Source of the DNA: a candidate division WWE3 bacterium GW2011_GWC2_41_23
GTDB taxonomy: Bacteria > Patescibacteriota > WWE3 > UBA101185 > UBA10185
Direction of reading: 5' to 3'
Length of the DNA stretch: 64,000 nucleotides
NCBI GenBank assembly: GCA_000996895.1
Contig: LCBB01000003.1
Location: forward strand, 3,659-67,658
Each line of letters begins with the position of its first letter. Within the stretch, counting starts at the first letter, position 1. Below are positions 6,991-17,329 of this stretch, piece after piece. The notes below the pieces were generated by a model. The model ran no database searches, was not told the origin of the DNA, and saw only the letters and a list, made by a program, of their open reading frames with translations. Both the position numbers and the translations under genes were made by a program.

Positions 6991-7761
6991 ATGAACGCCA
7001 GAAACTTAAAAGGACTTTTGGTCCTGGTCTTGGTGGTTTCTTTAGTTGGTGGTTGTAGAGGATGCGATGTTATAAAGCCTACTGCTGTGTCAGTAGTGCC
7101 GTCGTCTACTCCAAAGCCTGTAGTACCCGCTGCAACCCAAACACCAACTGCAACCCAAACACCAACGGTCAAACCGACTGAAACCAACACACCGACGGTT
7201 ACGCAAACACTTGAACCGACGGTTGTTCCTACCGCGCTTTCGGCGGAGGGATACACATTCTTTGGAACCCAGCTTAAGTATTTGATTGATACTTCCGGTT
7301 GGGACTACAAGCCTTTGAATTGTGGGGCTGATGTATTTATAGGCGAAAGGAATGTGCTAATCGCAGAGTCGGGCGTCTGTCCCAGAATAATCGTTCCTGT
7401 TGCGGATAGAGCGGACGGGAGCTACCTAATTGAGGCAGAATATTGGTGGTTACCGTCGGATGGTACCAACAGCACGGCAGTACCTTTTGACCACAGATTC
7501 TATGTATACAAAGGAGACATGATAGACTCTGGGATATCCTGGCTGGATTTGGATGAATCCTCTACTATAGAGGCAATTGCAGGAGGGTATAATTTCGTTT
7601 GGGAAAAATCATTGGAAATCAGTGCTTCTATTGGAACGGAGGTGTTTCTTCCAAGCCCTGTGAAAATTTTCCCGCTCACTTCTGCAGAGTACCTATCGGT
7701 GATTTCTCGCCCGGATCTTTTTCCTCAGTATTTGGAATCTGCGGTTCAACCGAGAAAATAA
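6991..7761 (+). CDS. putative lipoprotein with Thr/Pro-rich low-complexity linker
   Basis: AGGAGG SD before ATG 6991. Signal peptide ends in the lipobox-like LVGGC. Contains TQTPTATQTPTVKPTETNTPTVTQT repeats. Confidence 0.6.
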   Translation: MNARNLKGLLVLVLVVSLVGGCRGCDVIKPTAVSVVPSSTPKPVVPAATQTPTATQTPTVKPTETNTPTVTQTLEPTVVPTALSAEGYTFFGTQLKYLIDTSGWDYKPLNCGADVFIGERNVLIAESGVCPRIIVPVADRADGSYLIEAEYWWLPSDGTNSTAVPFDHRFYVYKGDMIDSGISWLDLDESSTIEAIAGGYNFVWEKSLEISASIGTEVFLPSPVKIFPLTSAEYLSVISRPDLFPQYLESAVQPRK

Positions 7762-7861
7762 AACGGCCTTTTTGGGGACAAGTTAGTGCTTAACAACACT
7801 GAACGGTTCCCATTTTTTTTTGCTCTTGATATTTGGTGGCACCTCCGTACATAATTAATCT

Positions 7862-8416
7862 ATGAAGAAATTTTTGATAGTATCTCTAGCGTTGTTTTTT
7901 ACTGTGGCAATCTTTCTGTTTGTTGGTTGGTTTCTTCTACAAAAATACCCCGGACTGACAAGAAAAGACGCCGGTAAATTTGATAATGCTTCAAGCGGGA
8001 GTACTTTTTCTAAATTTATTGCAGAACAGCCTTACGTATTTGATATCGACGTTGGTTCCTACCCCGGGGATAAAATACTTAACATTGGGGCAGAAGAGTT
8101 CTATGAAATTCAAAGTTCTAGAGAAACTTCTGCACTTCTTGATAAAACATACAAGTTTTATTTAGTGGCTGCGATTGAAGATAGAAATAACGGATTAGTG
8201 ACTCTTTATGAAGAAGGCACAGATTCGAAGAGGCGTGTCTTTAAATGTTCGGGCGACAGGGTTTTTGCAATGAAGAATAGGAATTTTTCCTTCATTTCTT
8301 CAGGATTTGATTTTATGGAGACATTGAGTGTAGGTGACCGTGTTTATACCAAGTGTTTAAATAGTGACTGTACAACGCTGGGTCCGGATTGTATTATTGT
8401 AAAGGAGATAGAGTAA
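7862..8416 (+). CDS. hypothetical membrane-anchored protein
   Basis: N-terminal TM helix; no recognisable domain. Confidence 0.5.
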   Translation: MKKFLIVSLALFFTVAIFLFVGWFLLQKYPGLTRKDAGKFDNASSGSTFSKFIAEQPYVFDIDVGSYPGDKILNIGAEEFYEIQSSRETSALLDKTYKFYLVAAIEDRNNGLVTLYEEGTDSKRRVFKCSGDRVFAMKNRNFSFISSGFDFMETLSVGDRVYTKCLNSDCTTLGPDCIIVKEIE

Positions 8417-8427
8417 CGGGTGTTTTT

Positions 8428-11169
8428 ATGAAAGTATATTTAAAATTACTACTTTTTTATGTTGTCTTCACGATACCATTTGCTGGGGGGTTTCCCGCTG
8501 TTTCAGCTGCTACGTGCAGTTCAACCGAATGTTCGGGAGTTAAAGTTGAGAACGGTCTTACTTACTATGAATATGCGTGTGCTGGAAACACATATTGTTG
8601 CTACGCTGAGGGGTGCCCTAGCTGGGATTGCGTTGCTAGAGGTTGTTGCTGGTACTCAACAAGCGACGGCGCCGGTATGTGTAACACGAGAGCTACTTCC
8701 GGTTGTCCCGGATCATATTATGGTATATCGTGTACCATCAATGCTGCGGATGAATGCAGACCGTGCGGGGGTACTACCGGTGGCGGTGGCACAACATACG
8801 GTAAAATCATCGGCCGCATATGGAATGATGTAGATAAAAATGGCACGTATGGCGGCGTATCGGAACTATGGTCCAATACCGCTACAACGTGTTCTACATA
8901 CAAAAACGATTCTTTCAATATCCAGGAAGCGGGAACCAATAGGTTAGCTAGCTGGGCCTGCAATACCGAATGGGGTGTTCAGGCAGCATACTACACCTCG
9001 TCTGATATAGTTATCGGCTCAAAAACAATCACCCTAACAGGACTTCCTTCCGGTTATGCGTGCGGTAGCTGGTCATTTTCCAAGACCGGCGACACCAGCA
9101 CCACTGATGGCACAGGATGTGTCACAACAGCAGTTCCGATTATTGAGGGGACGAACAACCATCTATGGTGGAGAATTGTGAAAACTAATATCGCCCCTAC
9201 GCTTAGTATTGTGCCCTCCAGCGTTTCTTACTCAGGATACGCTTTGCATCCGCTTAAGATCGTTGCGGCAGATGGGGAGCCGTACGGCAGTTTAAAAATA
9301 TCTACGTCACTATCACCACCCAACAACGGGTGGCTTCCTGAGGTTCCGGCGATAAGTTTCCGTGCTTACGGTTCGACCGGCGACGGTATTTGGCCAATTG
9401 CCAAGATTTATGGTTGGAACAAGAGTACGGGCAGCCGCGTCGAGCTTAAAACTTTTAATATCAATACCGCAACTCCCACTGACTACTGGTTTGACGTTCC
9501 TTCTCCCGGTTTATACTCTTTTTTTGATTTGGAATTTACAAATGACTACAACGGGGGTGTGGGAAAGGACGTAAATCTTTACGTTGATAATCTTACCTAC
9601 ATTGCGGATAACATGTTTTATCAGACCCTTTACAAATTTGAAGCCGAGGATGCAAATCTTGTCCAGTACGATCGGTACCATCCTGACGACGGATACGGGC
9701 TGGTAAGCCCAAGTACAGCTACATCATCCGTGCCCGGCGCAACGTATGCGGTGATGGCCTGGAACGGCGCATTAAGATTTCCTGTTGTCTGGCAGTCTCC
9801 CACAACGGCGATAAACGGAAAGATTAATTTCACTGTTACGGATGATATCGGTGCTTCACTTTCCAAGTCGGTTCCAACAACGCCTATCACAGGTACTGTT
9901 ACCGGAAAGGTTTGGATAACTGCAAATCCTGCAGTATGTACGGCCTCTCATACGCCAGTTCTAACTACAGGTATAGTTACGGCAACTGCAGGCGGCACAA
10001 ATCTATCGGCACCTTTAAATTCTTTCGGTCAATACACTGTAGCCGGTTTGTTTGGCAGCATAAGCCAGTTGTGTCTTAGCGGACTGCCGGCAACCCCCGC
10101 ATACCGAATTGCGTGTAGAAACGGAGTACCCGTTTCTGCCACAACGGGTTCGTGCGACTATATCTCTCCTTCACTTTCCGGAACCGGTACCACAACAATT
10201 GATATCGGCATCCGTCCTATAACGGCAAAGGGTTGGCTGGCCGCTATGGGAAGCGATCTTTACGCAAAGGATGTTGTAGAAAGTCTTCCGCCTTACACGG
10301 GATGTCCGTTTTTGGGTAACTACTATGGTATGTGTCCGACATTCACGGAGACGCATCCTACAAGGATACCGGATCACTACGTGCTTAACTACAATCCTTG
10401 GGTAGCAACTCCCGCGTCCTCAACCGTATTTACGGAAGATGATGTGGTATCTCTTGGTCCTTCTTTGGACGAGCTGTCGGAGTCAGGGGTTTCTGCGACC
10501 CGGGTCGGTTCAAAGTTTAGAGAGAAAAACAAACAGTATTTTTCCTCTTTTCATAGTCTGATCGACACACTAAAAAATGCTCCTACCGGTACTTACAGTG
10601 CCACATCCAGTTTAAGTAACCGAACTTTTACAAAAAATTCAATAACAATCTGGAATGCCGGTACGTCGACCATTCCTGCTCCGGCCATCGGAAACTATAG
10701 TTATACCGTTTCGGACGGTTTGGCCTTTTTAGTCATTCCAAGAAACGGTCCTTCCACTAACGCGATTAACATAAACAAAATCACAACCTCAGGTGCGGGG
10801 CGTCTCGTGATTCTTGCCGATAGGGACATAAATATCGGCAGTTCTGCTGTAGGATCTTCCAACAACCTTAAAAACGATACCGCGGATATTCAGGCATCCA
10901 TTATTACAACGGGTAACGTCACCGTAAACAACTATCTGTCAGCGTCATCTTCCGCAGGGACCGTTATCATAGAGGGCCCTCTTATTATCGGGGGAGGAAC
11001 GGGAATGACGATAAACAGATCCCTTGGAACAGACAATGAATTTAGGCCTGCGGTCTTTGTCAGATTCAACCCGCTTTATATTACAAAACTAAACGATTTA
11101 GCTATGAAAAATACAATTCCTGCCCTAAATCCGCTTTTTACATTTGATTTTACAAGTGAGACGGAATAG
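8428..11169 (+). CDS. large secreted Cys-/Gly-/Thr-rich surface protein (about 913 aa), possible pilus-associated adhesin
   Basis: Signal peptide MKVYLKLLLFYVVFTIPFAGGFPAVSAA. Cys-rich N-terminal module, and a C-terminal Gly/Ser/Thr-rich region (beta-helix-like; structural interpretation is speculative). Sits directly upstream of a PilX-like gene. Confidence 0.6.
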   Translation: MKVYLKLLLFYVVFTIPFAGGFPAVSAATCSSTECSGVKVENGLTYYEYACAGNTYCCYAEGCPSWDCVARGCCWYSTSDGAGMCNTRATSGCPGSYYGISCTINAADECRPCGGTTGGGGTTYGKIIGRIWNDVDKNGTYGGVSELWSNTATTCSTYKNDSFNIQEAGTNRLASWACNTEWGVQAAYYTSSDIVIGSKTITLTGLPSGYACGSWSFSKTGDTSTTDGTGCVTTAVPIIEGTNNHLWWRIVKTNIAPTLSIVPSSVSYSGYALHPLKIVAADGEPYGSLKISTSLSPPNNGWLPEVPAISFRAYGSTGDGIWPIAKIYGWNKSTGSRVELKTFNINTATPTDYWFDVPSPGLYSFFDLEFTNDYNGGVGKDVNLYVDNLTYIADNMFYQTLYKFEAEDANLVQYDRYHPDDGYGLVSPSTATSSVPGATYAVMAWNGALRFPVVWQSPTTAINGKINFTVTDDIGASLSKSVPTTPITGTVTGKVWITANPAVCTASHTPVLTTGIVTATAGGTNLSAPLNSFGQYTVAGLFGSISQLCLSGLPATPAYRIACRNGVPVSATTGSCDYISPSLSGTGTTTIDIGIRPITAKGWLAAMGSDLYAKDVVESLPPYTGCPFLGNYYGMCPTFTETHPTRIPDHYVLNYNPWVATPASSTVFTEDDVVSLGPSLDELSESGVSATRVGSKFREKNKQYFSSFHSLIDTLKNAPTGTYSATSSLSNRTFTKNSITIWNAGTSTIPAPAIGNYSYTVSDGLAFLVIPRNGPSTNAININKITTSGAGRLVILADRDINIGSSAVGSSNNLKNDTADIQASIITTGNVTVNNYLSASSSAGTVIIEGPLIIGGGTGMTINRSLGTDNEFRPAVFVRFNPLYITKLNDLAMKNTIPALNPLFTFDFTSETE

Positions 11170-11179
11170 GCAAGTTACT

Positions 11180-12103
11180 ATGAGCGGACAAAAAACTTAC
11201 TCAAAAACCAATATTTTAAAAAACAACGAAGGGCAGGCTCTGCTTTTTGTGGTAGTAGCCCTAACTATCTCAACGGTTATTGGAGTTTCGGTAGCAACGC
11301 GTACGCTTTCCGTGACAAAAAGGGTAGCCCAAACGGATACCCAGACAAAAGTTTACTACGCGGCAGAAGCGGGGATTGAGAGATTTGTTAATCTTTCCAC
11401 CCCCGATCTTAAAGCTTTGGCAGCGGTGGGGGGTAACACGGCCGATAACTGCGCAAAGGCTAAAGCTGTTACTGCACCTAATAATTTTTGCTCGTTTACT
11501 CTTGGGAGTACTACCACGGTTGAAACCTCAACCCTTGTTAAAGTTCAGGAGATAACCTACAACGAAACCAGTCCCTCGCCGCACTACTCGGTAAAATCCA
11601 AAAACGGAATCTTTTCCTCAGTGTCGCTTTCCGGATACACCGGAAACCAGGTGACTATATGCTGGAAAGACAAGGCAGTCGAGCACACAGCCGTTTATTA
11701 CACATTATGGGGTCCTACTAATTTTATTAGCAAGGCAGTGATAAATCCTACTTCCATCGCCGGCGGCGATCCACTTTCATTTACCACTACCAATGCCCTT
11801 GATGCGGTAACTTCAGGAAACAGTATCTACAGCTCATGCCACACTGTTCTTACCCCCATTGCCTCCAACCCCTACTTTTTAAATGTCATGCCTCTGGGGG
11901 GAGACGCCACAATCGGAATCTTTCCCGGAACACAGCCCATACCTCCGCAGGGGTTTCTCATAACATCAAAAGCTTCCCTTAACACCACAAGTACACTTCA
12001 GCAGCAGGTGGTCAAAGTCATAGAAGCAACCCGCACATACAATCACGTACCCGGATTCTACGATGCCGCCCTATATGTTCAGGACGATATCATTGCGCCC
12101 TAG
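11180..12103 (+). CDS. PilX N-terminal domain-like pilus assembly/minor pilin-like protein
   Basis: EGQALLFVVVALTISTVIGVSVATRTLSVTKRVAQTDTQTKVYYAAEAGIE resembles the PilX_N pattern (G.ALI..L.LL.VLT..GVS...AAEAG.E). Confidence 0.5.
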   Translation: MSGQKTYSKTNILKNNEGQALLFVVVALTISTVIGVSVATRTLSVTKRVAQTDTQTKVYYAAEAGIERFVNLSTPDLKALAAVGGNTADNCAKAKAVTAPNNFCSFTLGSTTTVETSTLVKVQEITYNETSPSPHYSVKSKNGIFSSVSLSGYTGNQVTICWKDKAVEHTAVYYTLWGPTNFISKAVINPTSIAGGDPLSFTTTNALDAVTSGNSIYSSCHTVLTPIASNPYFLNVMPLGGDATIGIFPGTQPIPPQGFLITSKASLNTTSTLQQQVVKVIEATRTYNHVPGFYDAALYVQDDIIAP

Positions 12104-12284
12104 CTTATATTGTGCTAACTTATCAATTGCCTATATCTCCCTCCCGAAAGGGCATAGGTGAGGAGCTGCGCAAAGGCAGCGCCAAAAGTAAAAGGGAACC
12201 CGCTATTAAACTCTACGCAGTTACTGTGCGGTTTCCCAACAAATATAAATTTAAATAAGAAAGTCGTACTTAACAGAAGATACT

Positions 12285-13223
12285 ATGTCTAAATACAAAG
12301 TGCCTAAAATAGAAGATTTAATTGAAGCAGGTGTCCATTTTGGCCACCAAATTAGAAGGTGGCATCCGAAAATGGAGCCCTACATCTACACTGTCAGCAA
12401 GAATATTCATATTATTGATTTAGAGGACACCGAGCGTTTGTTGAAAGAAGCGTGCGAATTCTTAAACAAAATGGCCTCTGAAGGCAAGAAAATAGTGTTT
12501 GTCGGAACTAAAAAGCAATCCAAGGACATTATCAAGTCCGAGGCGACAAGAAGCGGGGCCATGTTTGTAAATGAAAGATGGATAGGCGGAACTATTACCA
12601 ATTTTCCTACTATAAAAAAGAACCTCGATAAATTAATCAAGTACATCCGCGGCAAAGAAACGGGGGAATTTGATAAATACACCAAGAAAGAAAGACTCCT
12701 CATTGATAGGGAAACCGACAAAATGAACCTGGTTTACGGCGGTATTTTAAGTCTCGCCGAAACCCCCGATGTCTTGTTTGTCATAGATCCTAAAAGAGAG
12801 AGAACTGCAGTAAAAGAGTCCCAGAACGCAGGAATACCTGTAGTTGCTATCGTTGATACTAATGCAGATCCTACAGGCATAGACTATATTATTCCGGGCA
12901 ACGACGACGCAATTAAGTCAGTTGCATTGTTAGTCCGTGCTATAGCCGATGCCGTCGAAGAAGGCTACAAGGACTTCGATAAAAAAGGTGCCGACCAAAG
13001 CAAGAAAGATGCAAAGAAGGCTGAGCCCGTTTCCGAAGATAAAGACGATATGGTAGTTACAACCACTGAAAGTCCTGTTGTCACTGCCGAGGTTGAAGAG
13101 ATAGAAGAAAAGCTCGTTGTCGAAGTGGTCGAACCTAAAAAGATAGAGAAGATAGAAGAAAAAGTCGAAGAAAAAAAAGAAGAAACAAAAACGCCTAAAA
13201 AGGCTAAATCAAAAAAGGCCTAA
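12285..13223 (+). CDS. rpsB: 30S ribosomal protein S2 with Lys/Glu-rich C-terminal extension
   Basis: VHFGHQIRRWHPKM..., IVFVGTKKQ, VVAIVDTNADP motifs. Confidence 0.92.
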   Translation: MSKYKVPKIEDLIEAGVHFGHQIRRWHPKMEPYIYTVSKNIHIIDLEDTERLLKEACEFLNKMASEGKKIVFVGTKKQSKDIIKSEATRSGAMFVNERWIGGTITNFPTIKKNLDKLIKYIRGKETGEFDKYTKKERLLIDRETDKMNLVYGGILSLAETPDVLFVIDPKRERTAVKESQNAGIPVVAIVDTNADPTGIDYIIPGNDDAIKSVALLVRAIADAVEEGYKDFDKKGADQSKKDAKKAEPVSEDKDDMVVTTTESPVVTAEVEEIEEKLVVEVVEPKKIEKIEEKVEEKKEETKTPKKAKSKKA

Positions 13224-13272
13224 GCATTGAGAGTACCGTAGTTACTAAACTAAATTTATATAAGGAGAAAAA

Positions 13273-13734
13273 ATGGAACTAAACATAAAAGACATTAAAA
13301 ACTTGAGAGAAGAAACCGGAGCGGGGGTTTTAGAAGTAAAACAAGCTCTGGAGAATTTTGCCGGGGATTACACCAAGGCAAAAGAAGAGTTAATGAAAAA
13401 GGTTGGCGCGAAGGCGGCTAAAAAATCTGAAAGAGTCACGAAAGACGGGTTGATTTTTTCGTATTTACACGCAGGGGGAAGAGTAGGGACTATGATATAC
13501 ATGGCCTGTGAGACCGATTTTGTAGCCAAAACAGAGGATTTTCAGAAGTTGTGCAAGGAAGTGGCTATGCAGGCCGCAACGGGTGATTACAGCTCTGTCG
13601 AAGACCTCTTGAATGACGAGTACATAAGGGAACCTTCAAAAAAGATATCAGACCTGTTGAACGAGGTCACCGCCAAGGTCGGAGAAAAAATTGAACTTAA
13701 AAAGTTCATTAAATACTCGGTCGGCGAAGACTGA
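13273..13734 (+). CDS. tsf: elongation factor Ts (short form)
   Basis: LREETGAGVLEVKQAL..., GRVGTMIYMACETDFVAKTEDFQKL. Confidence 0.85.
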   Translation: MELNIKDIKNLREETGAGVLEVKQALENFAGDYTKAKEELMKKVGAKAAKKSERVTKDGLIFSYLHAGGRVGTMIYMACETDFVAKTEDFQKLCKEVAMQAATGDYSSVEDLLNDEYIREPSKKISDLLNEVTAKVGEKIELKKFIKYSVGED

Positions 13735-13780
13735 AAACGTTTAGTTGGTAAGCCCGCGTTTTCCTGATATTATTCATCAT

Positions 13781-14329
13781 ATGAATACTTCGGAATTAAA
13801 ATCAAAACTTTCCAAAGTCCATGAGTTTCTGCAGGGAGAGTTGGGGCAGATTAGAACCGGAAGAGCATCCCCGGCTCTTATTGAGAATATTGCCGTGGAA
13901 GCTTACGGAGCCAAAATGATGGTAATAGAGCTGGGTTCCATTACGGTTTCGGACTCCCAAAATCTTGTGGTAGTGCCTTGGGACAAAGGTCTTATTAAAT
14001 CCATAACAAAAGCTATAAGAGAAAGTCAGGCAAGTCTTAATCCTATTGAAGAAAGTGACAGGATTAGAATACCCGTGCCCTCACTAACGGAAGAAAGGCG
14101 AAAGGAATTGGCAAAAATCGTCGGTGTAAAAGCAGAAGAAGCCAAGAACTCCGTAAGAAATATAAGACAGGACGCTATGAAGGACATTGAAAAAATGTTC
14201 TCCGATAAAAGCATCGGTGAAGATGAAAAATTCCGTCTCAAGGAAGAAGTTGAAAAGACAGCCAAAGAGTTCACTGACGGGGTAGAAGAAATAAGCGAGA
14301 CAAAACGATCCGAAATTTTATCAATCTAA
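13781..14329 (+). CDS. frr: ribosome recycling factor
   Basis: Classic RRF sequence (LGQIRTGRASPALIENIAVEAYG...). Confidence 0.9.
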   Translation: MNTSELKSKLSKVHEFLQGELGQIRTGRASPALIENIAVEAYGAKMMVIELGSITVSDSQNLVVVPWDKGLIKSITKAIRESQASLNPIEESDRIRIPVPSLTEERRKELAKIVGVKAEEAKNSVRNIRQDAMKDIEKMFSDKSIGEDEKFRLKEEVEKTAKEFTDGVEEISETKRSEILSI

Positions 14330-14346
14330 AGTTCCGGTTTTAAATA

Positions 14347-15474
14347 ATGACAACTCTAATAATCTTTATATTAATACTCTCGGTTTTGGTTCTAATCCAC
14401 GAGTTCGGGCATTTTATGGCCGCAAAAGCCAATGGGGTTAGAGTAGAGGAGTTCGGATGGGGGCTTCCCCCCAGGGTATTCGGGAAGAAGTTCGGAGAGA
14501 CCATCTACTCGATTAATCTGTTGCCTTTCGGGGGTTTTGTAAAACTTACAGGCGAAGATTCAGAAGAGGCTACCTCCGCCAAGGACCCCAAAAGCTTTAC
14601 ATCGAAAACACCGTTACAGAGGGCAATAATACTAATCGCGGGTGTTTTTATGAACGTAGTCTTAGCCGTTACAATTTTCTATGTTTTTATGTTCGTGAAC
14701 GGTTTCAAAACTTTCCAGATGCCACTTATATTCGATTATGATTTTAAGTTCGGAGAGACCACAAAAATCGGAACGGTGATCTCAGGCATTCAGCCGGGTT
14801 CTCCTGCTGAAAAAGCCGGATTGACCTTAGGCGAGGCGGTAACTGCTGTAAACGGCAGGAAGGTTACCGATATCACACAGTTTAAAAATACTCTGGCTGA
14901 ATACAAGGGAGAGCCTGTAAAACTCACGTTAAATGACTTAAAAGACACTACTTACACAAAGATACGGGACGTTCAGGTTTCTCCTACAAAAGATGAAGCC
15001 GGAAAACCCATCATAGGTGTCTACCTCGGTGAGTCGGTGTCTATTTCATACGAGAAGCCCCTTGATAGGGTTCTTGTGGGTTTTTATCACTCCTATAATG
15101 TGATGGGTTACTCGTTGAATACCTTAAGTCAGATGGTTGCCCTTTCGTTTAAAACAAAAGACATCTCCCCGGTTTCAGAAAGTGTCTCGGGGCCGGTTGG
15201 AATTTATAATCTTGTTGATATGGTTTTGAAATACGGAGGACCTAACGCTTGGCTTACGTTGTTTGATTACACCGCGCTTATGTCTTTAAGTTTGGCGCTT
15301 GTTAACATAATGCCTTTTCCGGCGCTGGACGGCGGCAGAGTAGCCTTTGTATTGTTTGAGGGGGTAACACGTAAGAAACCCAACCCTAAAACGGAGGCTG
15401 CTTTTCACAGGCTGGGAATGTTTTTCTTGCTGGGCTTTTTAATACTCATAACAATCAAAGATGTGGTCAGGTAA
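14347..15474 (+). CDS. rseP: RIP metalloprotease RseP (site-2 protease, PDZ domain)
   Basis: HEFGHFMAAK HExxH motif, PDZ segment and the C-terminal LDGG motif. Confidence 0.85.
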   Translation: MTTLIIFILILSVLVLIHEFGHFMAAKANGVRVEEFGWGLPPRVFGKKFGETIYSINLLPFGGFVKLTGEDSEEATSAKDPKSFTSKTPLQRAIILIAGVFMNVVLAVTIFYVFMFVNGFKTFQMPLIFDYDFKFGETTKIGTVISGIQPGSPAEKAGLTLGEAVTAVNGRKVTDITQFKNTLAEYKGEPVKLTLNDLKDTTYTKIRDVQVSPTKDEAGKPIIGVYLGESVSISYEKPLDRVLVGFYHSYNVMGYSLNTLSQMVALSFKTKDISPVSESVSGPVGIYNLVDMVLKYGGPNAWLTLFDYTALMSLSLALVNIMPFPALDGGRVAFVLFEGVTRKKPNPKTEAAFHRLGMFFLLGFLILITIKDVVR

Positions 15475-15781
15475 GATTTGTCATTGTAGCTGCAAGAATT
15501 AGAAGCCGGTCTTTTTAGGTTATATCCCGAGCATTTTACCCGTGTGTTCTAATAGTAAAAATTTGACATAGGTAATATACTAGAAATTGACGTAATGTTC
15601 TGGTAGAATCGTTCGGCTCTCTGTTAGTTACTGGTTAAACTGTTAACATACGAAGAAGCCAAGTGCCAGAATTGTGCATAAGTACGGAAGCGCGTTTTTA
15701 TTTAATACAAAGCGTTTGGAGGTGCCTACTGAATAGCAGTCTATATTAATTAGCACTAATTGATAATAGCTGCTCATCATA

Positions 15782-15973
15782 ATGACAAAAATTAAAATAA
15801 GGAACGGTGAATCTTTGGAACAGGCCTTGAGAAGGTTCAATAGAGAAGTACAAAGATCCGGTATCCTTGACGAAGTAAAAGACAGATCTCACTATAGAAA
15901 ACCCAGTGAATTAAAAAGACAGAAATCCAAGGAACTTGAAAGAAAGTTTAAATTTGAGAAACTTAGAGGATGA
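15782..15973 (+). CDS. rpsU: 30S ribosomal protein S21
   Basis: MTKIKIRNGESLEQALRRFNREVQRSGIL... matches the S21 family. Confidence 0.85.
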   Translation: MTKIKIRNGESLEQALRRFNREVQRSGILDEVKDRSHYRKPSELKRQKSKELERKFKFEKLRG

Positions 15974-16305
15974 TCTACGATAATTTAAAGGCTATGGTTT
16001 TCACACTGCAGAAGTCCGGCGACACTTTTAAGCTCGGCGTGTTGAGGTATTTCATTTCCCAGGTTCAGAACAAAGAAATAGAACTTAGAGCGCAACAGAA
16101 ACCTTTGACCGACGAGGACGTATTCAAAGTAATAAGAAAGCAGATAAAGAATAGAAAAGAAGCTGCCGAACTCTTTGAAAAGGGCGGAAGGGCAGAGTTA
16201 GTCGAGAAAGAACAAAAAGAACTCGCAGTCTACGAGGAATTTGCAAAAATGTTTCCCTTCGAACTTGAACAACCGGTTAAATTTCCTCCTCATCAGCAGA
16301 AGTAA
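15970..16305 (+). CDS. yqeY: GatB/YqeY domain protein
   Basis: Typical position after rpsU. Contains the KNREIEL...LTDEDV...RKEAAELFEKGGRAEL pattern. Confidence 0.7.
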   Translation: MIYDNLKAMVFTLQKSGDTFKLGVLRYFISQVQNKEIELRAQQKPLTDEDVFKVIRKQIKNRKEAAELFEKGGRAELVEKEQKELAVYEEFAKMFPFELEQPVKFPPHQQK

Positions 16306-16662
16306 ATGAAAAAAGGTCTACCCGAGAAACTCAACAAGGATGACATCGTCATTTCCGTTACCATTACCGGTGATGAGGCAGTTCAGGAGCTCAATAAAAA
16401 GTATCTCGGTAGAGATAGCACTACAGATGTCCTGTCCTTTCCAATAAATGAAAAACAAGAAGATGGGACGTACTACTTAGGCGATGTGGTAGTCAACAAA
16501 GAGCAGGCTTTACGACAGGCGGATAAGTATGGAAATGACGTTGAAACCGAGGTGTCGGAGCTTGTAGCCCACGGAGTACTGCACTTGCTGGGGGTGCACC
16601 ATCACGACGATGACGAGCACACCGTTCACGGAAAGCCTGTTAATAAGGACACCGGACAATGA
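16306..16662 (+). CDS. ybeY: rRNA maturation endoribonuclease YbeY
   Basis: HGVLHLLGVHH metal-binding motif. Confidence 0.8.
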   Translation: MKKGLPEKLNKDDIVISVTITGDEAVQELNKKYLGRDSTTDVLSFPINEKQEDGTYYLGDVVVNKEQALRQADKYGNDVETEVSELVAHGVLHLLGVHHHDDDEHTVHGKPVNKDTGQ

Positions 16663-17168
16663 AAATGATTGTGGGACTGGGAAATCCCGATAAAAAATAT
16701 TCAAAGACCCGCCACAACACCGGATTTATTATTCTGGACGAAATGGTTAAAGAATTATCCTGGGAAGCATCTCCGAAATTAAAATCGGAAATTTGTAAGA
16801 CAGGCGAACTTTTATTCGTTAAACCCACAACTTTTATGAACAAGTCCGGAGAAGCAGTCAGCCTGGTGAAGGAGTATTACGGCATTGATTTAGTCGACAT
16901 TTGCGTAGTCCACGACGATGTTGATTTGCTGTTCGGACAAAGAAAAGAGCAGGTAGGTGCGGGGCACGCCGGGCATAAGGGTGTTATGAGCATAATGGAT
17001 TCATTGGGAACAAAAGATTTTAAGAGAATCAGAATCGGAATAGGAAGACCTCCCGCCGGTTCGGAACTACCCGTAGACGATTTTGTTCTTAACGATTTTT
17101 CTCCTGAAGAGCTGGAAGAGGTTAAAAAAATTGGGCCAACGCTTAGGGAAAATTCAAATTTTCTTTGA
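16659..17168 (+). CDS. pth: peptidyl-tRNA hydrolase
   Basis: MIVGLGNPDKKYSKTRHNTGF... Confidence 0.9.
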   Translation: MKMIVGLGNPDKKYSKTRHNTGFIILDEMVKELSWEASPKLKSEICKTGELLFVKPTTFMNKSGEAVSLVKEYYGIDLVDICVVHDDVDLLFGQRKEQVGAGHAGHKGVMSIMDSLGTKDFKRIRIGIGRPPAGSELPVDDFVLNDFSPEELEEVKKIGPTLRENSNFL

Positions 17169-17329
17169 TACGTAAGCTTTTTCGAGAATTTCTACGGATA
17201 AGTATAAATAGCGTCATATCAGCAAAAAGTCATATTTAAAATAGTAATGTTACGGCACGTATGGGTAAGTTGTGGGTTGTACTAACACAGGTTGGTTGTA
17301 TCTGACGGGGGTGTTGTAATACAGTTATT

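Noticed and set aside
8459-10377. Several ORFs overlapping the 926-aa surface protein gene in other frames or on the other strand
   Set aside because: They are nested within a long ORF with a clear signal peptide and have no independent signals.
17169-17329. Possible SRP RNA (ffs) upstream of dnaX, as in many bacteria
   Set aside because: I could not find the conserved domain IV motif (GGAAGCAGC / AGGUCAGG-like) in this spacer. Left uncalled; a covariance-model scan would settle it.
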